Shown: piece by piece, positions 19,643-28,339 of the stretch
How the letters are laid out: every line of letters begins with the position of its first letter
Numbering within the stretch: the stretch's first letter is position 1
From: a bacterium
GTDB lineage: Bacteria > JAJRZV01
Reading direction: 5' to 3'
Assembly: GCA_024275095.1 (NCBI GenBank)
Contig: JAJRZV010000047.1
Location: 159 to 64,158, forward strand
DNA length: 64,000 nt
Translations under genes and position numbers: made by a program
Notes under the pieces: generated by a model
The model's database searches: none
What the model was told of the DNA's origin: nothing
The model's input: the letters and a program-made list of their open reading frames with translations, nothing else

Positions 19643-20796
19643 TCATGAAGAAAATCGCCATAGTTGGGTACGCAACATCTCCTTTCAAACCAGGGATACG
19701 TGACATACACCTGGGAGAACTTGTCTTCAACACAGTGCAGGAAGCGCTGAAAAACACAGGTATGAGTATAGAAGATATTGAAACTGTGGTGGATGCTTCA
19801 TGCGATATTATTGACGGACGCAGTATCAGTAATACCTTCATGATCGAACCAATGGGAGCGTTCCTCAAGGAAGAAGCCAAGGTTGAAGAAGACGGGGCAT
19901 ATGCAACCATATACGCCTACATGAGACTGCTCACCGGAAAATTCAAAACCGCCATGGTTGTCTCCCACGGCAAAATCTCTGAATCTTCACCTGATACGTA
20001 TTCAGGTACTATTGCTGATCCGTTTTTCATGCGGCCGATGGGTATTACCGCTCTCACGTCAACCGCTCTTCACGTCTCAACCTACTACGGCCACTACGGC
20101 ATTGATGAAAAATACGCGGCGATGGTTGCTGTCAAAAACCTGGGCAATGCGAAGCTCAACCCTCGGGCCCACAACAAAGGTGACTATACTGTAGAGGATG
20201 TGTTGAACTCGGAGGTTCTCGCTACTCCCATTAAAAAGCTGGACTCTCCTCCAGTTACCGATGGAGCTGCCGTGATTATTCTTGCCGTAGAAGGAGAAGC
20301 AGAGAAAATTACTGACACGCCTGTATGGATAAGGGGTGTGGGATTTATCAACGATGGCTTTTATCTTGGCCATCGCGACCTGATAGAACTACCGTCTCTG
20401 AGAGAAGCCGCCAGGCGGGCATATGCCGCCGCGGGCATCAAAAATCCTGCCGAAGAAATTGATATCGCTGAGGTGTACGAGTCTTACTCGTTCAACGAGC
20501 TCATGCTTTACGACGGCCTGGGATTCTGCGAAAAAGGTGAAGGATGGAAACTTATCGAAGAAGGCACCACTTGCCGGGATGGTAAACTTCCTGTCAATGT
20601 TTCAGGCGGTGCACTTGGAGCCAACCCGTTAATGGCCCGTGGACTTGTAAACATGATTGAAGTGGCGACTCAGCTTACAGGAAAAGCCGGGGAACACCAG
20701 GTAAAAAAAGATCTGAAAACGGGACTTGTGCACTCCACCAGCGGTTTCTGCTTTCAATCCAATGTTGTATGGATACTCTCCAACGAGAAAGGTTGA
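19639..20796 (+). CDS. SCP-x/nsLTP-type thiolase-like protein (archaeal-type thiolase family that pairs with DUF35 proteins)
   Basis: 385 aa. Thiolase fold with the active-site Cys region …VDASCDII… Start overlaps the ACAD stop. Confidence 0.75.
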   Translation: MIMKKIAIVGYATSPFKPGIRDIHLGELVFNTVQEALKNTGMSIEDIETVVDASCDIIDGRSISNTFMIEPMGAFLKEEAKVEEDGAYATIYAYMRLLTGKFKTAMVVSHGKISESSPDTYSGTIADPFFMRPMGITALTSTALHVSTYYGHYGIDEKYAAMVAVKNLGNAKLNPRAHNKGDYTVEDVLNSEVLATPIKKLDSPPVTDGAAVIILAVEGEAEKITDTPVWIRGVGFINDGFYLGHRDLIELPSLREAARRAYAAAGIKNPAEEIDIAEVYESYSFNELMLYDGLGFCEKGEGWKLIEEGTTCRDGKLPVNVSGGALGANPLMARGLVNMIEVATQLTGKAGEHQVKKDLKTGLVHSTSGFCFQSNVVWILSNEKG

Positions 20797-20824
20797 GGTG
20801 AAAGACAGGATAAAATGTTTGCAC

Positions 20825-20920
20825 AGAAACCAGGGATAGGGCGGGTGGGAAACATAAATAAGGCGCGCGTGCTGCCTGCGCGCCAGAAACCAGGGATAGG
20901 GCGGGTGGGAAATATAAAGT
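20825..20920 (+). repeat. Intergenic leader module: G-rich 35-nt box (20825-20859) – GC hairpin GGCGCGCGTGCTGCCTGCGCGCC (20862-20884) – second box (20885-20920), then RBS AAGGAGGTGCCAcCATG
   Basis: Box AGAAACCAGGGATAGGGCGGGTGGGAAAYATAAA occurs twice. A near-identical module recurs at 22314-22410. Each box carries a G3-N3-G3-N1-G3-N1-G3 G-quadruplex-type motif. Confidence 0.8.
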
Positions 20921-20934
20921 AAGGAGGTGCCACC

Positions 20935-22128
20935 ATGAGGCGTGTTGCCGTTGTTGGAACAGGATATCCCAAACATAAATCGCGCTGGGAGGAGGAGGGC
21001 CTTACGGGACTGGTTTACCTTGCTGCAACAGAAGCCCTTGAAGATGCAGGACTGGAACCTGCTGACATAGAAGCGGTTGTATACGGCAGTTCACCCGAGC
21101 TGTTAACAGGGATCAATCATCCTGAAAAATGGTGTTCAGAAGCATCCTTCTCCGTGGGCAAACCTCAATTTCGAATTCACACCGGAGGAACAGTCGGTGC
21201 TTCAACTGGAATTGCCGCTTTTTATTTTGTGGCATCCGGCATGTTTGACATCGTCCTTGCTGTTACAGGGGATAAAAATTCGGAATCTCCGGTGCAGTAT
21301 GGTTTATCCACTGTGTACGATCCCATTATCGGACGTCAATTTGCGTGCGGGGCACCGTCAGCGGTTGCTCTTCAAGCTCTGGAGTACATGTACAAATTTG
21401 GTGCCACTGAAGAACACGGTGCCAAAATTGCTGTAAAAAATCGCATCAACGCGCTTCGCAACCCCAAGGCGCACCTTCATATAGAAGGAATTAATTTGGA
21501 GATGGTACGCAATTCGCCCATGATCGCATCTCCCATCCGGCTGCTCGATGCATGTCCGGCATCGGATGGTGCTGCTGCCATGATATTCGTCAGTGAAGAA
21601 GTAGCAAAGAAACTCAGCGCTCCCAAGGCATGGGTAAACGGAGTTTCTGCTGTAACAGAAGGGGTCATGTATGTGGACCGTGACATGACAGACCCCATCG
21701 CGCTCAAGAAGGCGGCAAAGACAGCTTACACTCAAGCCGGCGTCACAAATCCATTTAAGGAAATTGATGTTGCGGAACTATACGAAGCATTTTCTTATCA
21801 GGAAATGATCTGGTACGAAGGCCTGGGGTTCTGTGAAAGGGGTGAGGGGATGAAACTCATTGATGAAGGCTCAACGTTCATGAAAGGTATTGACTACGGA
21901 TTTGAAACACCAAGGGCTGGAGAACTGCCGGTTAACCCATCTGGAGGAGTTCTATCATCCAACAACATTGGTTCAACTGCCATGATCCGTCAAATAGAAG
22001 CTTCCATGCAGGTGAGAGACAAAGCAGGCGAACATCAGGTTGACGGAGCCAGAGTGGCTCTTGCACACGGATGGGGTGGAGGCATTCAGTTTCACACGGT
22101 AATGATACTCGGTCGCGAACCGGCATAG
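20935..22128 (+). CDS. SCP-x/nsLTP-type thiolase-like protein (paralog)
   Basis: 397 aa. Thiolase fold with Cys near residue 80-90 and C-terminal …HGWGGG… RBS and ATG sit inside the repeated leader module. Confidence 0.75.
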   Translation: MRRVAVVGTGYPKHKSRWEEEGLTGLVYLAATEALEDAGLEPADIEAVVYGSSPELLTGINHPEKWCSEASFSVGKPQFRIHTGGTVGASTGIAAFYFVASGMFDIVLAVTGDKNSESPVQYGLSTVYDPIIGRQFACGAPSAVALQALEYMYKFGATEEHGAKIAVKNRINALRNPKAHLHIEGINLEMVRNSPMIASPIRLLDACPASDGAAAMIFVSEEVAKKLSAPKAWVNGVSAVTEGVMYVDRDMTDPIALKKAAKTAYTQAGVTNPFKEIDVAELYEAFSYQEMIWYEGLGFCERGEGMKLIDEGSTFMKGIDYGFETPRAGELPVNPSGGVLSSNNIGSTAMIRQIEASMQVRDKAGEHQVDGARVALAHGWGGGIQFHTVMILGREPA

Positions 22129-22313
22129 TGGGGAGTGCTCGATCATTGATGACACTGGTGCAAGTACCGTGAGCACGCTAAGAAGAAATTATTACAGGTG
22201 TATGTGTCGGGATGGAAAGTAGCAGGTGCCTTAACATTCGTGCTTACCACGCACCAGAAAGACTCAGGCTCGGGTGGGTCGGGGAATATAAGAATTGCAG
22301 GGTGCGCCGGGAA

Positions 22314-22410
22314 AGAACCAGGGATAGGGCGGGCGGGAAATATAAAGTAAGGCGCGCGTGCTGCCTGCGCGCCAGAAATCAGGGATAGGGCGGGCGGGAA
22401 ATATAAAGTT
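22314..22410 (+). repeat. Second copy of the box–hairpin–box leader module (boxes 22314-22348 and 22374-22410; hairpin 22351-22373); partial third box at 22273-22293
   Basis: ~95% identical to 20825-20920, including an identical hairpin and identical RBS context AAGGAGGTGCCAtCATG. Confidence 0.8.
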
Positions 22411-22424
22411 AAGGAGGTGCCATC

Positions 22425-22889
22425 ATGAGTACTGATAAAATCAGCTTCGAACCCAAAGTACTCGAAGGTGAAATAAACATTCCCTATAAATGGACCACAG
22501 GTCCAGCAGCGGGAAAATTTTTGACAACTCTACGTGATGAAAGAAAAATTATAGGTCTTAAATGCTCGTCATGTGGGCGCGTCAGTGTACCTCCAGAAGA
22601 AATCTGCGGAAAGTGCCGTAAAAGGAATTCTGAATTTGTGGATATCAGTGACGAAGGCGAACTTGTCTCCTTTACTGAAGTACGCGTTCCCGTGTTCTGG
22701 CAACCGGCTGAACCTCCGTTTGTAATAGGATTCATCAAACTTGACGGTGCAGATACACTGCTTATTCACAGAATTCTCGCATCTGCTTCCTCTTTGAAAA
22801 AAGGTCTTCGTGTAAAGGCTCGCTGGAAGGAAGAGCGTGAAGGCCATATTCTCGACATAGAAGGATTTGAAATCATTCAGGAGGGGTAA
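22425..22889 (+). CDS. DUF35-family Zn-ribbon + OB-fold protein (thiolase-associated acyl-CoA-binding scaffold)
   Basis: 154 aa. CxxC…CxxC rubredoxin-like knuckle (CSSCGRV…CGKCRK) followed by an OB-fold. Confidence 0.72.
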   Translation: MSTDKISFEPKVLEGEINIPYKWTTGPAAGKFLTTLRDERKIIGLKCSSCGRVSVPPEEICGKCRKRNSEFVDISDEGELVSFTEVRVPVFWQPAEPPFVIGFIKLDGADTLLIHRILASASSLKKGLRVKARWKEEREGHILDIEGFEIIQEG

Positions 22890-22891
22890 AA

Positions 22892-23344
22892 ATGGCTGAG
22901 CCTGTGAAAGAAATCAAAGGTCGTTTGATTATTCCCTACAGGTGGTCTTACGGGCGTTCTCTTAGCCTGTTCTTCGAACACACACGCGTTGAAAAAAAGA
23001 TCTACGGGGCACGATGCACCAAATGTAAGAGAGTTCTTGTTCCTCCTGTGGTGGTATGCGGTAGATGTTTCGCCCCCACAGAGGAAGAATGGGTAGAAGT
23101 TGCTGACAGAGGAGAACTGATCGCGTGGACAACGGTTTATTATCCCTTTCCCGGCCAGCCCACACAGCCGCCTTACACTTATGGATATGTATTGCTTGAC
23201 GGTGCAAATACCAAATTCCCTCACCTCATCATGGAAATTGAACCGGAAAAGTTGAAACCCGGAATGCGTATGGAAGCAGTATGGAATGAGGATAGAAAGG
23301 GCGACCTTTATGATATAAAATACTTCCGACCGGAACAGAAATAA
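22892..23344 (+). CDS. DUF35-family Zn-ribbon + OB-fold protein (paralog)
   Basis: 150 aa. CTKCKRV…CGRC knuckle. It is tightly coupled to the upstream paralog, with a 2-nt gap. Confidence 0.72.
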   Translation: MAEPVKEIKGRLIIPYRWSYGRSLSLFFEHTRVEKKIYGARCTKCKRVLVPPVVVCGRCFAPTEEEWVEVADRGELIAWTTVYYPFPGQPTQPPYTYGYVLLDGANTKFPHLIMEIEPEKLKPGMRMEAVWNEDRKGDLYDIKYFRPEQK

Positions 23345-23418
23345 CCCACAGAGGCATAACGGTTAGAAAAAGTTCCAAACTTTACTGGTTACGTTTTGTA
23401 CTTTCTCCATTTATTTGT

Positions 23419-24120
23419 ATGTTTACGTATGCATGTGCTGTTCAATCGGTCTACATGCATCATACCGCCAGGCCCCTGGGAAAAGGTAAGGTCTCAGGGG
23501 GACTCGCTGTGGGTCTCAGCAGAGACATCACTGCTGGTTATCCCACTGACCAGGACTTTGTCCCTGACAAAAACAGTTTTCAGGCCCCGCTTATAGAAGG
23601 TTACTTTAACAAAGGTATAATATCTGCTTTTACACTCACAATGCAGATGGGTACGAGTTTGTTCGGCAGTGTCGAACTCGAAGTTGGTGGATACTATACT
23701 TTCTTGAACAGGGATCCTTATTATCTTGCAGCAGGGACCAGGCTACTCTTTGTAAGGGGAGAAAGCTCTTACACCATTAATCTCTTCGGTTCCTCCAGCA
23801 GCGAAGATAATCTCTACTACATCTATGGTGTGCGCATTCCTCTGATTTTTACAGTAGTACCTTTTTCGTGGCTTGAGTTCACTGCAGGGATACCATTTTA
23901 CCTCGACTATCTGGACGTTTATATCCGGGAAAGTGAAAGCGAAAACAGGCGATACAGGGAATTCGACTTTGCTCCGTCTCTTTACTTTTCCGTCGCTTTC
24001 AACTTTCACATTTTCCAGATAATACCGCAGGTATCAATCTTGAATATCCGCAATCCTGTGTCTGATAAACGCATGTGGATTGCCTATCCTGCTCTTACAC
24101 TGGGGGTTCGTTCACGTTAA
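23419..24120 (+). CDS. Hypothetical protein, possibly beta-strand-rich outer-membrane protein
   Basis: Alternating aromatic/hydrophobic pattern. There is no clear signal peptide at the annotated start, and the true start may be internal. Confidence 0.3.
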   Translation: MFTYACAVQSVYMHHTARPLGKGKVSGGLAVGLSRDITAGYPTDQDFVPDKNSFQAPLIEGYFNKGIISAFTLTMQMGTSLFGSVELEVGGYYTFLNRDPYYLAAGTRLLFVRGESSYTINLFGSSSSEDNLYYIYGVRIPLIFTVVPFSWLEFTAGIPFYLDYLDVYIRESESENRRYREFDFAPSLYFSVAFNFHIFQIIPQVSILNIRNPVSDKRMWIAYPALTLGVRSR

Positions 24121-24333
24121 GGTAAAAAAGACAAGATTTCTGAGAGCTTCCATCCAGTTTGATGGACCCTCCATTACTCGAGACAGACAAAAGCATCAAT
24201 CAAGACACGGAAATAAACAAAACTTAAAAACCAACACAGGCTTCAGAGTTTCAAAAATACTTGACTCTTGACTTTTGCAAAACAAGGAACCAAAATATTT
24301 AGGACTTCAAACAAATTTTAAGGAGGTGTCAAG

Positions 24334-25602
24334 GTGAAAGGGAAATTGGAAATACTCGCTACCGCCGTTATCCTTTGCTTTACAGTCACAAGCAGTTCCG
24401 CCCACGCTGATAAATGCGTGAAATGTCATTCTAAAGTAACCCCCAAAATCGTATCTGACTGGAAACTCAGCAAACACTTTCAAAACGACGTCTCATGCAG
24501 TGAATGCCACGGTTCCAGGCACAAAAAAGGCAAAAAAGATGCCCACAAAGTTCGCATACCCACACCCGAGACATGCGCCTCCTGCCATGAAGAACGCGTT
24601 AAAGAATTCAAAGCAGGAAAACATGCGTATGCATGGGCAGCCATGAAAGCCATGCCCACAGCTCACCGGCAACCCATGGCACTCATGGACGGCATGAAGG
24701 GCTGTGGGGGATGCCACAAGATCGGTCTGAAAACAGAGAAAGAAATCAACGAACTCAAAAGGCAGGGCCAAAAATTCGGCATAGCATCATGCGATGCCTG
24801 CCACACGCGTCACCTTTTCAGCGTCAAAGAGGCAAAACAGCCTCAGGCCTGTCAGACGTGCCACATGGGCTTCGATCATCCTCAATGGGAAATGTATTCC
24901 TCATCCAAGCACGGTGTGCGTTATCTTCTGAAGCAGGATGGGATACTGCCTTCCGACGCAGCCGCCCCTACATGCCAGACATGCCACATGCAGGACGGTA
25001 ACCATGAAGTGCGCACCGCATGGGGATTCCTCGCTGTCAGGTTGCCACTTCCTGAAGATGAACAATGGAAGAAAGATCGAATCACAATCCTGCAGGCACT
25101 CGGCGTGCTTGATCCTCAGGGCAAACCCACAAAACGCCTGGAGGTGGTCAAAGCAGCAGACGTGGCTCGCCTCGACGAAGCCTCATGGCAGAAGGAACGT
25201 GACAAAATGATCAAAACGTGCAGTCAGTGCCATTCTCCTAAATTCGCCAGGAAAGAACTGGAAAAAGGCGACGAAATGATTAAACAGGCAGACCGGCTCA
25301 TGGCAGAAGCCATTCGCATAGTAGCCGATCTCTACCAGAAGGGCTATCTTAAGAAACCGGCCAGCTATCCTTACCCTTTTCCCGATATTCTTACCTTCCA
25401 CGATGCACCCACGGTCATTGAACAAAAGCTTTTCAAAATGTTCTTAAAACACCGCATGCGCACCTTCCAGGGAACATTCCACATGAATCCCGACTACGCC
25501 CTGTGGTACGGATGGAGTGAAATGAAACAGGACCTCACGGAAATCAAGGAACTTGCCGAAGAAATCAAAGCCAGAGCGAAACACGAGAAACATCACAAGT
25601 AA
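24334..25602 (+). CDS. Periplasmic octaheme c-type cytochrome (HAO / octaheme-reductase-like multiheme family)
   Basis: GTG start with AAGGAGGT 6 nt upstream. Sec signal MKGKLEILATAVILCFTVTSSSAHA. Eight CxxCH motifs (CVKCH, CSECH, CASCH, CGGCH, CDACH, CQTCH x2, CSQCH). Confidence 0.85.
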   Translation: MKGKLEILATAVILCFTVTSSSAHADKCVKCHSKVTPKIVSDWKLSKHFQNDVSCSECHGSRHKKGKKDAHKVRIPTPETCASCHEERVKEFKAGKHAYAWAAMKAMPTAHRQPMALMDGMKGCGGCHKIGLKTEKEINELKRQGQKFGIASCDACHTRHLFSVKEAKQPQACQTCHMGFDHPQWEMYSSSKHGVRYLLKQDGILPSDAAAPTCQTCHMQDGNHEVRTAWGFLAVRLPLPEDEQWKKDRITILQALGVLDPQGKPTKRLEVVKAADVARLDEASWQKERDKMIKTCSQCHSPKFARKELEKGDEMIKQADRLMAEAIRIVADLYQKGYLKKPASYPYPFPDILTFHDAPTVIEQKLFKMFLKHRMRTFQGTFHMNPDYALWYGWSEMKQDLTEIKELAEEIKARAKHEKHHK

Positions 25603-25647
25603 TCAGGTACAAGCTACCCCAGAGGGGGCACATGCCCCCTCTTTTCC

Positions 25648-26721
25648 TTACAAACCGTGATAACGCGCCAGCCTGCGCAGGGCCTGGAGCTTTTCACTCT
25701 GTCCCAGTCGTGCCAGCTTTACAGCACGCTCCAACGCCTCGATGGTTCCGTCATAAGTCTTGCGATCTACCGGATAAGGCGTACCATCCTTGCCTCCATG
25801 AGCAAACGAGTAAAGAAACGGATCTTTGTAGGCTGGCTCTGCTCCGTAAATTATCTCTGCCCCAAGTGTCAGTGCACGTAATGATTTCGCTCCCAATCCG
25901 GGAGTCAGCAAAAGGTCTTCAAAAGTCGTGGGCGGCCTCTCATAGGTGCGCTCCAGAATTCTAACCACGTTCTTTTTCTGCACATCCCTTGCTATTTGAA
26001 GTGTATGACGTCCTGGAAGTGTCAAAACTTCCCGAACGATCCTTGAGGGATGCTCACGTACAATTTCCATTACAGCATCACGGGCATCACGGGATTCTCT
26101 ATGAACCAGATTGAGCGGTCTTTGTGCCGGTGCTTCCGCTACAACACCAGCGTGAGGCTCATTGCTGAAGTCTTCGAGTTCACAGGAGAGCCAGTGATAG
26201 CGGCGTGCATAACGTGTTCGAGGATTCATGCCCTGCTGCACCACCGCCCAATGCCCGCTCGTCGTCACCCAGAAGGTGTGATGGTAAATCTGATATCCGT
26301 CTTGAAGTGCATTGTTATCTATACGGGCAGTCAGCCTGCTAATACGAACGAACTTTTCAGCATTTAATCCGGTCTTCTCCCCGATCCTGAAAAGTTCCTC
26401 CGGCGTCCGCCTGGAAGCAGCACCCTTGCCCCCGGCACAAAAAAGACCGAGAAAGGGCCTTTTCCTGAGAGCCTCTTTCAGAGCCCCTGTTGTGGTTGTT
26501 GTAACACCTGACGAATGCCAGTCAAAACCCAGCACACATCCCAGGGACTGGAACCATACAGGATGAGCAATCCGGCGCAGGCATTCCTCCGGCCCAAACT
26601 CATCTACCAGCACCTCCAGTACGGCCCCGGCCAGCTTCACCATTCGCTCCCACAACCAGCGAGGTGCATGGCCGGTATGAAGCGGGAGTTCAACAGCGCG
26701 CCTGGAAAAATCAACACTCAT
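25648..26721 (-). CDS. Conserved hypothetical protein (DUF763-like, by recollection only)
   Basis: 357 aa soluble protein. Conserved-looking blocks HTGHAPRWLWERM and FDWHSSGVTTT. I could not assign a function. Confidence 0.35.
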   Translation of the reverse strand: MSVDFSRRAVELPLHTGHAPRWLWERMVKLAGAVLEVLVDEFGPEECLRRIAHPVWFQSLGCVLGFDWHSSGVTTTTTGALKEALRKRPFLGLFCAGGKGAASRRTPEELFRIGEKTGLNAEKFVRISRLTARIDNNALQDGYQIYHHTFWVTTSGHWAVVQQGMNPRTRYARRYHWLSCELEDFSNEPHAGVVAEAPAQRPLNLVHRESRDARDAVMEIVREHPSRIVREVLTLPGRHTLQIARDVQKKNVVRILERTYERPPTTFEDLLLTPGLGAKSLRALTLGAEIIYGAEPAYKDPFLYSFAHGGKDGTPYPVDRKTYDGTIEALERAVKLARLGQSEKLQALRRLARYHGL

Positions 26722-27316
26722 CGTACTATTGCAATATTAATTCACACACTCTTCATTTTAAAGCATTCGCTCCTTCTTTGAACCGCGATCACTGTGAAAA
26801 AAATAGCCACGCAGAGGCCTCGGATTCTCGAGTATTTGTTGGTATATAAAACAAAAATCTTTTTCTATCCGTTCAGAACAAAAAAGATGAACTAAATGCT
26901 TGTGCTTCAATGCAAATTACGATATATTAAGTTTGTAATATTAAGAAATGATCTAATGAGAGGTGCACTTCGGATCCAAGCGGGGGAGTTAACTTCTATG
27001 GAACGCGAACCGTTAACGTATAAAAAATCTCTGTGGAGCAAATCTTTATCCGAACCAGAACATTGGCTGCCCCCCTCCTTACGTGGCGCCCGCACAGGCC
27101 GGCAAACGCATCCCGGTATGTCGTCCCTCCAAATTACCGGGCCCCTACCTTCCGCAGCCCCTGATATGCCGGCCTGGGCGCCTTTAAAGCCGAGCCGTCA
27201 AACCAGACTCTTTCCCCTTCATTACATTGACATGGTGTGCCCACTTCCACGATTGTCATTGGTCCTGTCTCAGGACTTATCTGCAACAGCAAACACTTCC
27301 ACACAATTACAGGGAA

Positions 27317-28134
27317 TCAGGCTTTTATAATACACAGGACACCTGCGAAGATAAGGACGCCTGCTATTAAGCGGCGCATTGCGTTTTCCTTTTCTCCGGC
27401 AATAAAGTAGCTGAACACAAAACCGAAGAGAAGATTTGTTCTGATAAGTGGATTGACCTTGGTGATAGGAGCCAGCGAGATGGCAGTGTAGTTGAGCACA
27501 CTGGCAGCAAACGATAGAAAAGATAAGGGTGCAGTTGCAAAAACTTTATCGCGGGAAAAAGGCGGTTCTTCTACCATACCTCTCAATCTCATGATAACGT
27601 AAATAAAAGTACTCGCTGTGACAAAAGAAATAAGGGGATACACCAGCGGAGAACCCATCCTCAGCGCGCTTTTGGCAATAATGCCACTCAATGCCGAAGC
27701 AAAAGCACAGTAGAGGCCGTGAGGCATGAACCGGCCCAGGCGGTAAAAAATCACTCCACCTGCAGACGTAAGGAATATTCCAGCGACGAGCAAAAAATTT
27801 ACTTTTTCCTGAAGTATCCCTGGAGCCATCAAAAGAACAAAAAGAGGCGAAAGTCCGGTCAGGCTGTAGGTGGAATAATAATCACGACGTACCCCGGCAA
27901 AGAAGACAAAAATGCGTATTCCTTCGTTCAATCCAGCGATTACACCCAGTAAATAAAACTGTACAGGCACCCTGGAGTCGAAGGCATATATTGCCAATGG
28001 TACAAAAAAAGCGCTACCATCCCTCGGAAAAGGAGCGTGAGGTTGAGAGGATGAATCCACTCCAGGCGCGACTTGCTCATGGAAGACCACATGGCATTGA
28101 AAAACGCTGCCGTTAGAACAAGTCCCGCCCACAT
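27317..28134 (-). pseudogene. EamA/DMT-family transporter interrupted by a frameshift near 27940-27965
   Basis: The N-terminal 64 aa EamA-like segment (MWAGLVLTAAFFNAMWSSMSKSRLEWIHPLNLTLLFRGMVALFL…) is in one frame and stops at 27940. The remaining ~215 aa of TM helices continue in the adjacent frame (…YLLGVIAGLNEGIRIF…LIAGVLIFAGVLCIIKA). Together they give ~280 aa, the normal EamA size. Confidence 0.5.
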
Positions 28135-28339
28135 GGAAAAACATTTTGGTATCAGCAGTGTGGCCTAAGCAAACAAAAGAAGCACCGGGACTCACGTCGA
28201 ATTTCACGTTCCACGCAAACTTCATGTACGCATTTGCTCACGGGTGTTTGACACAGAGACCGTGATTTGAAATGCAAAACCTTTACTACCCGAGAAAAAA
28301 AAAGGGTGATAAACTTAAAACGTTTTCTCAGGAGGAAAA

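Noticed and set aside
20825-22410. Possible CRISPR array (repeated ~35-nt units separated by ~23-nt segments)
   Set aside because: There are only two units per locus. The 'spacer' is an identical GC hairpin in both loci. The units sit exactly at gene starts with RBSs, and no cas genes are present. I interpret this as a duplicated regulatory leader.
26722-27316. 600-bp gap with 144-aa and 62-aa ORFs
   Set aside because: The translations are not protein-like (P/S/R-rich) and have no RBS. No repeat or RNA motif is recognised. It is left as unannotated intergenic sequence.
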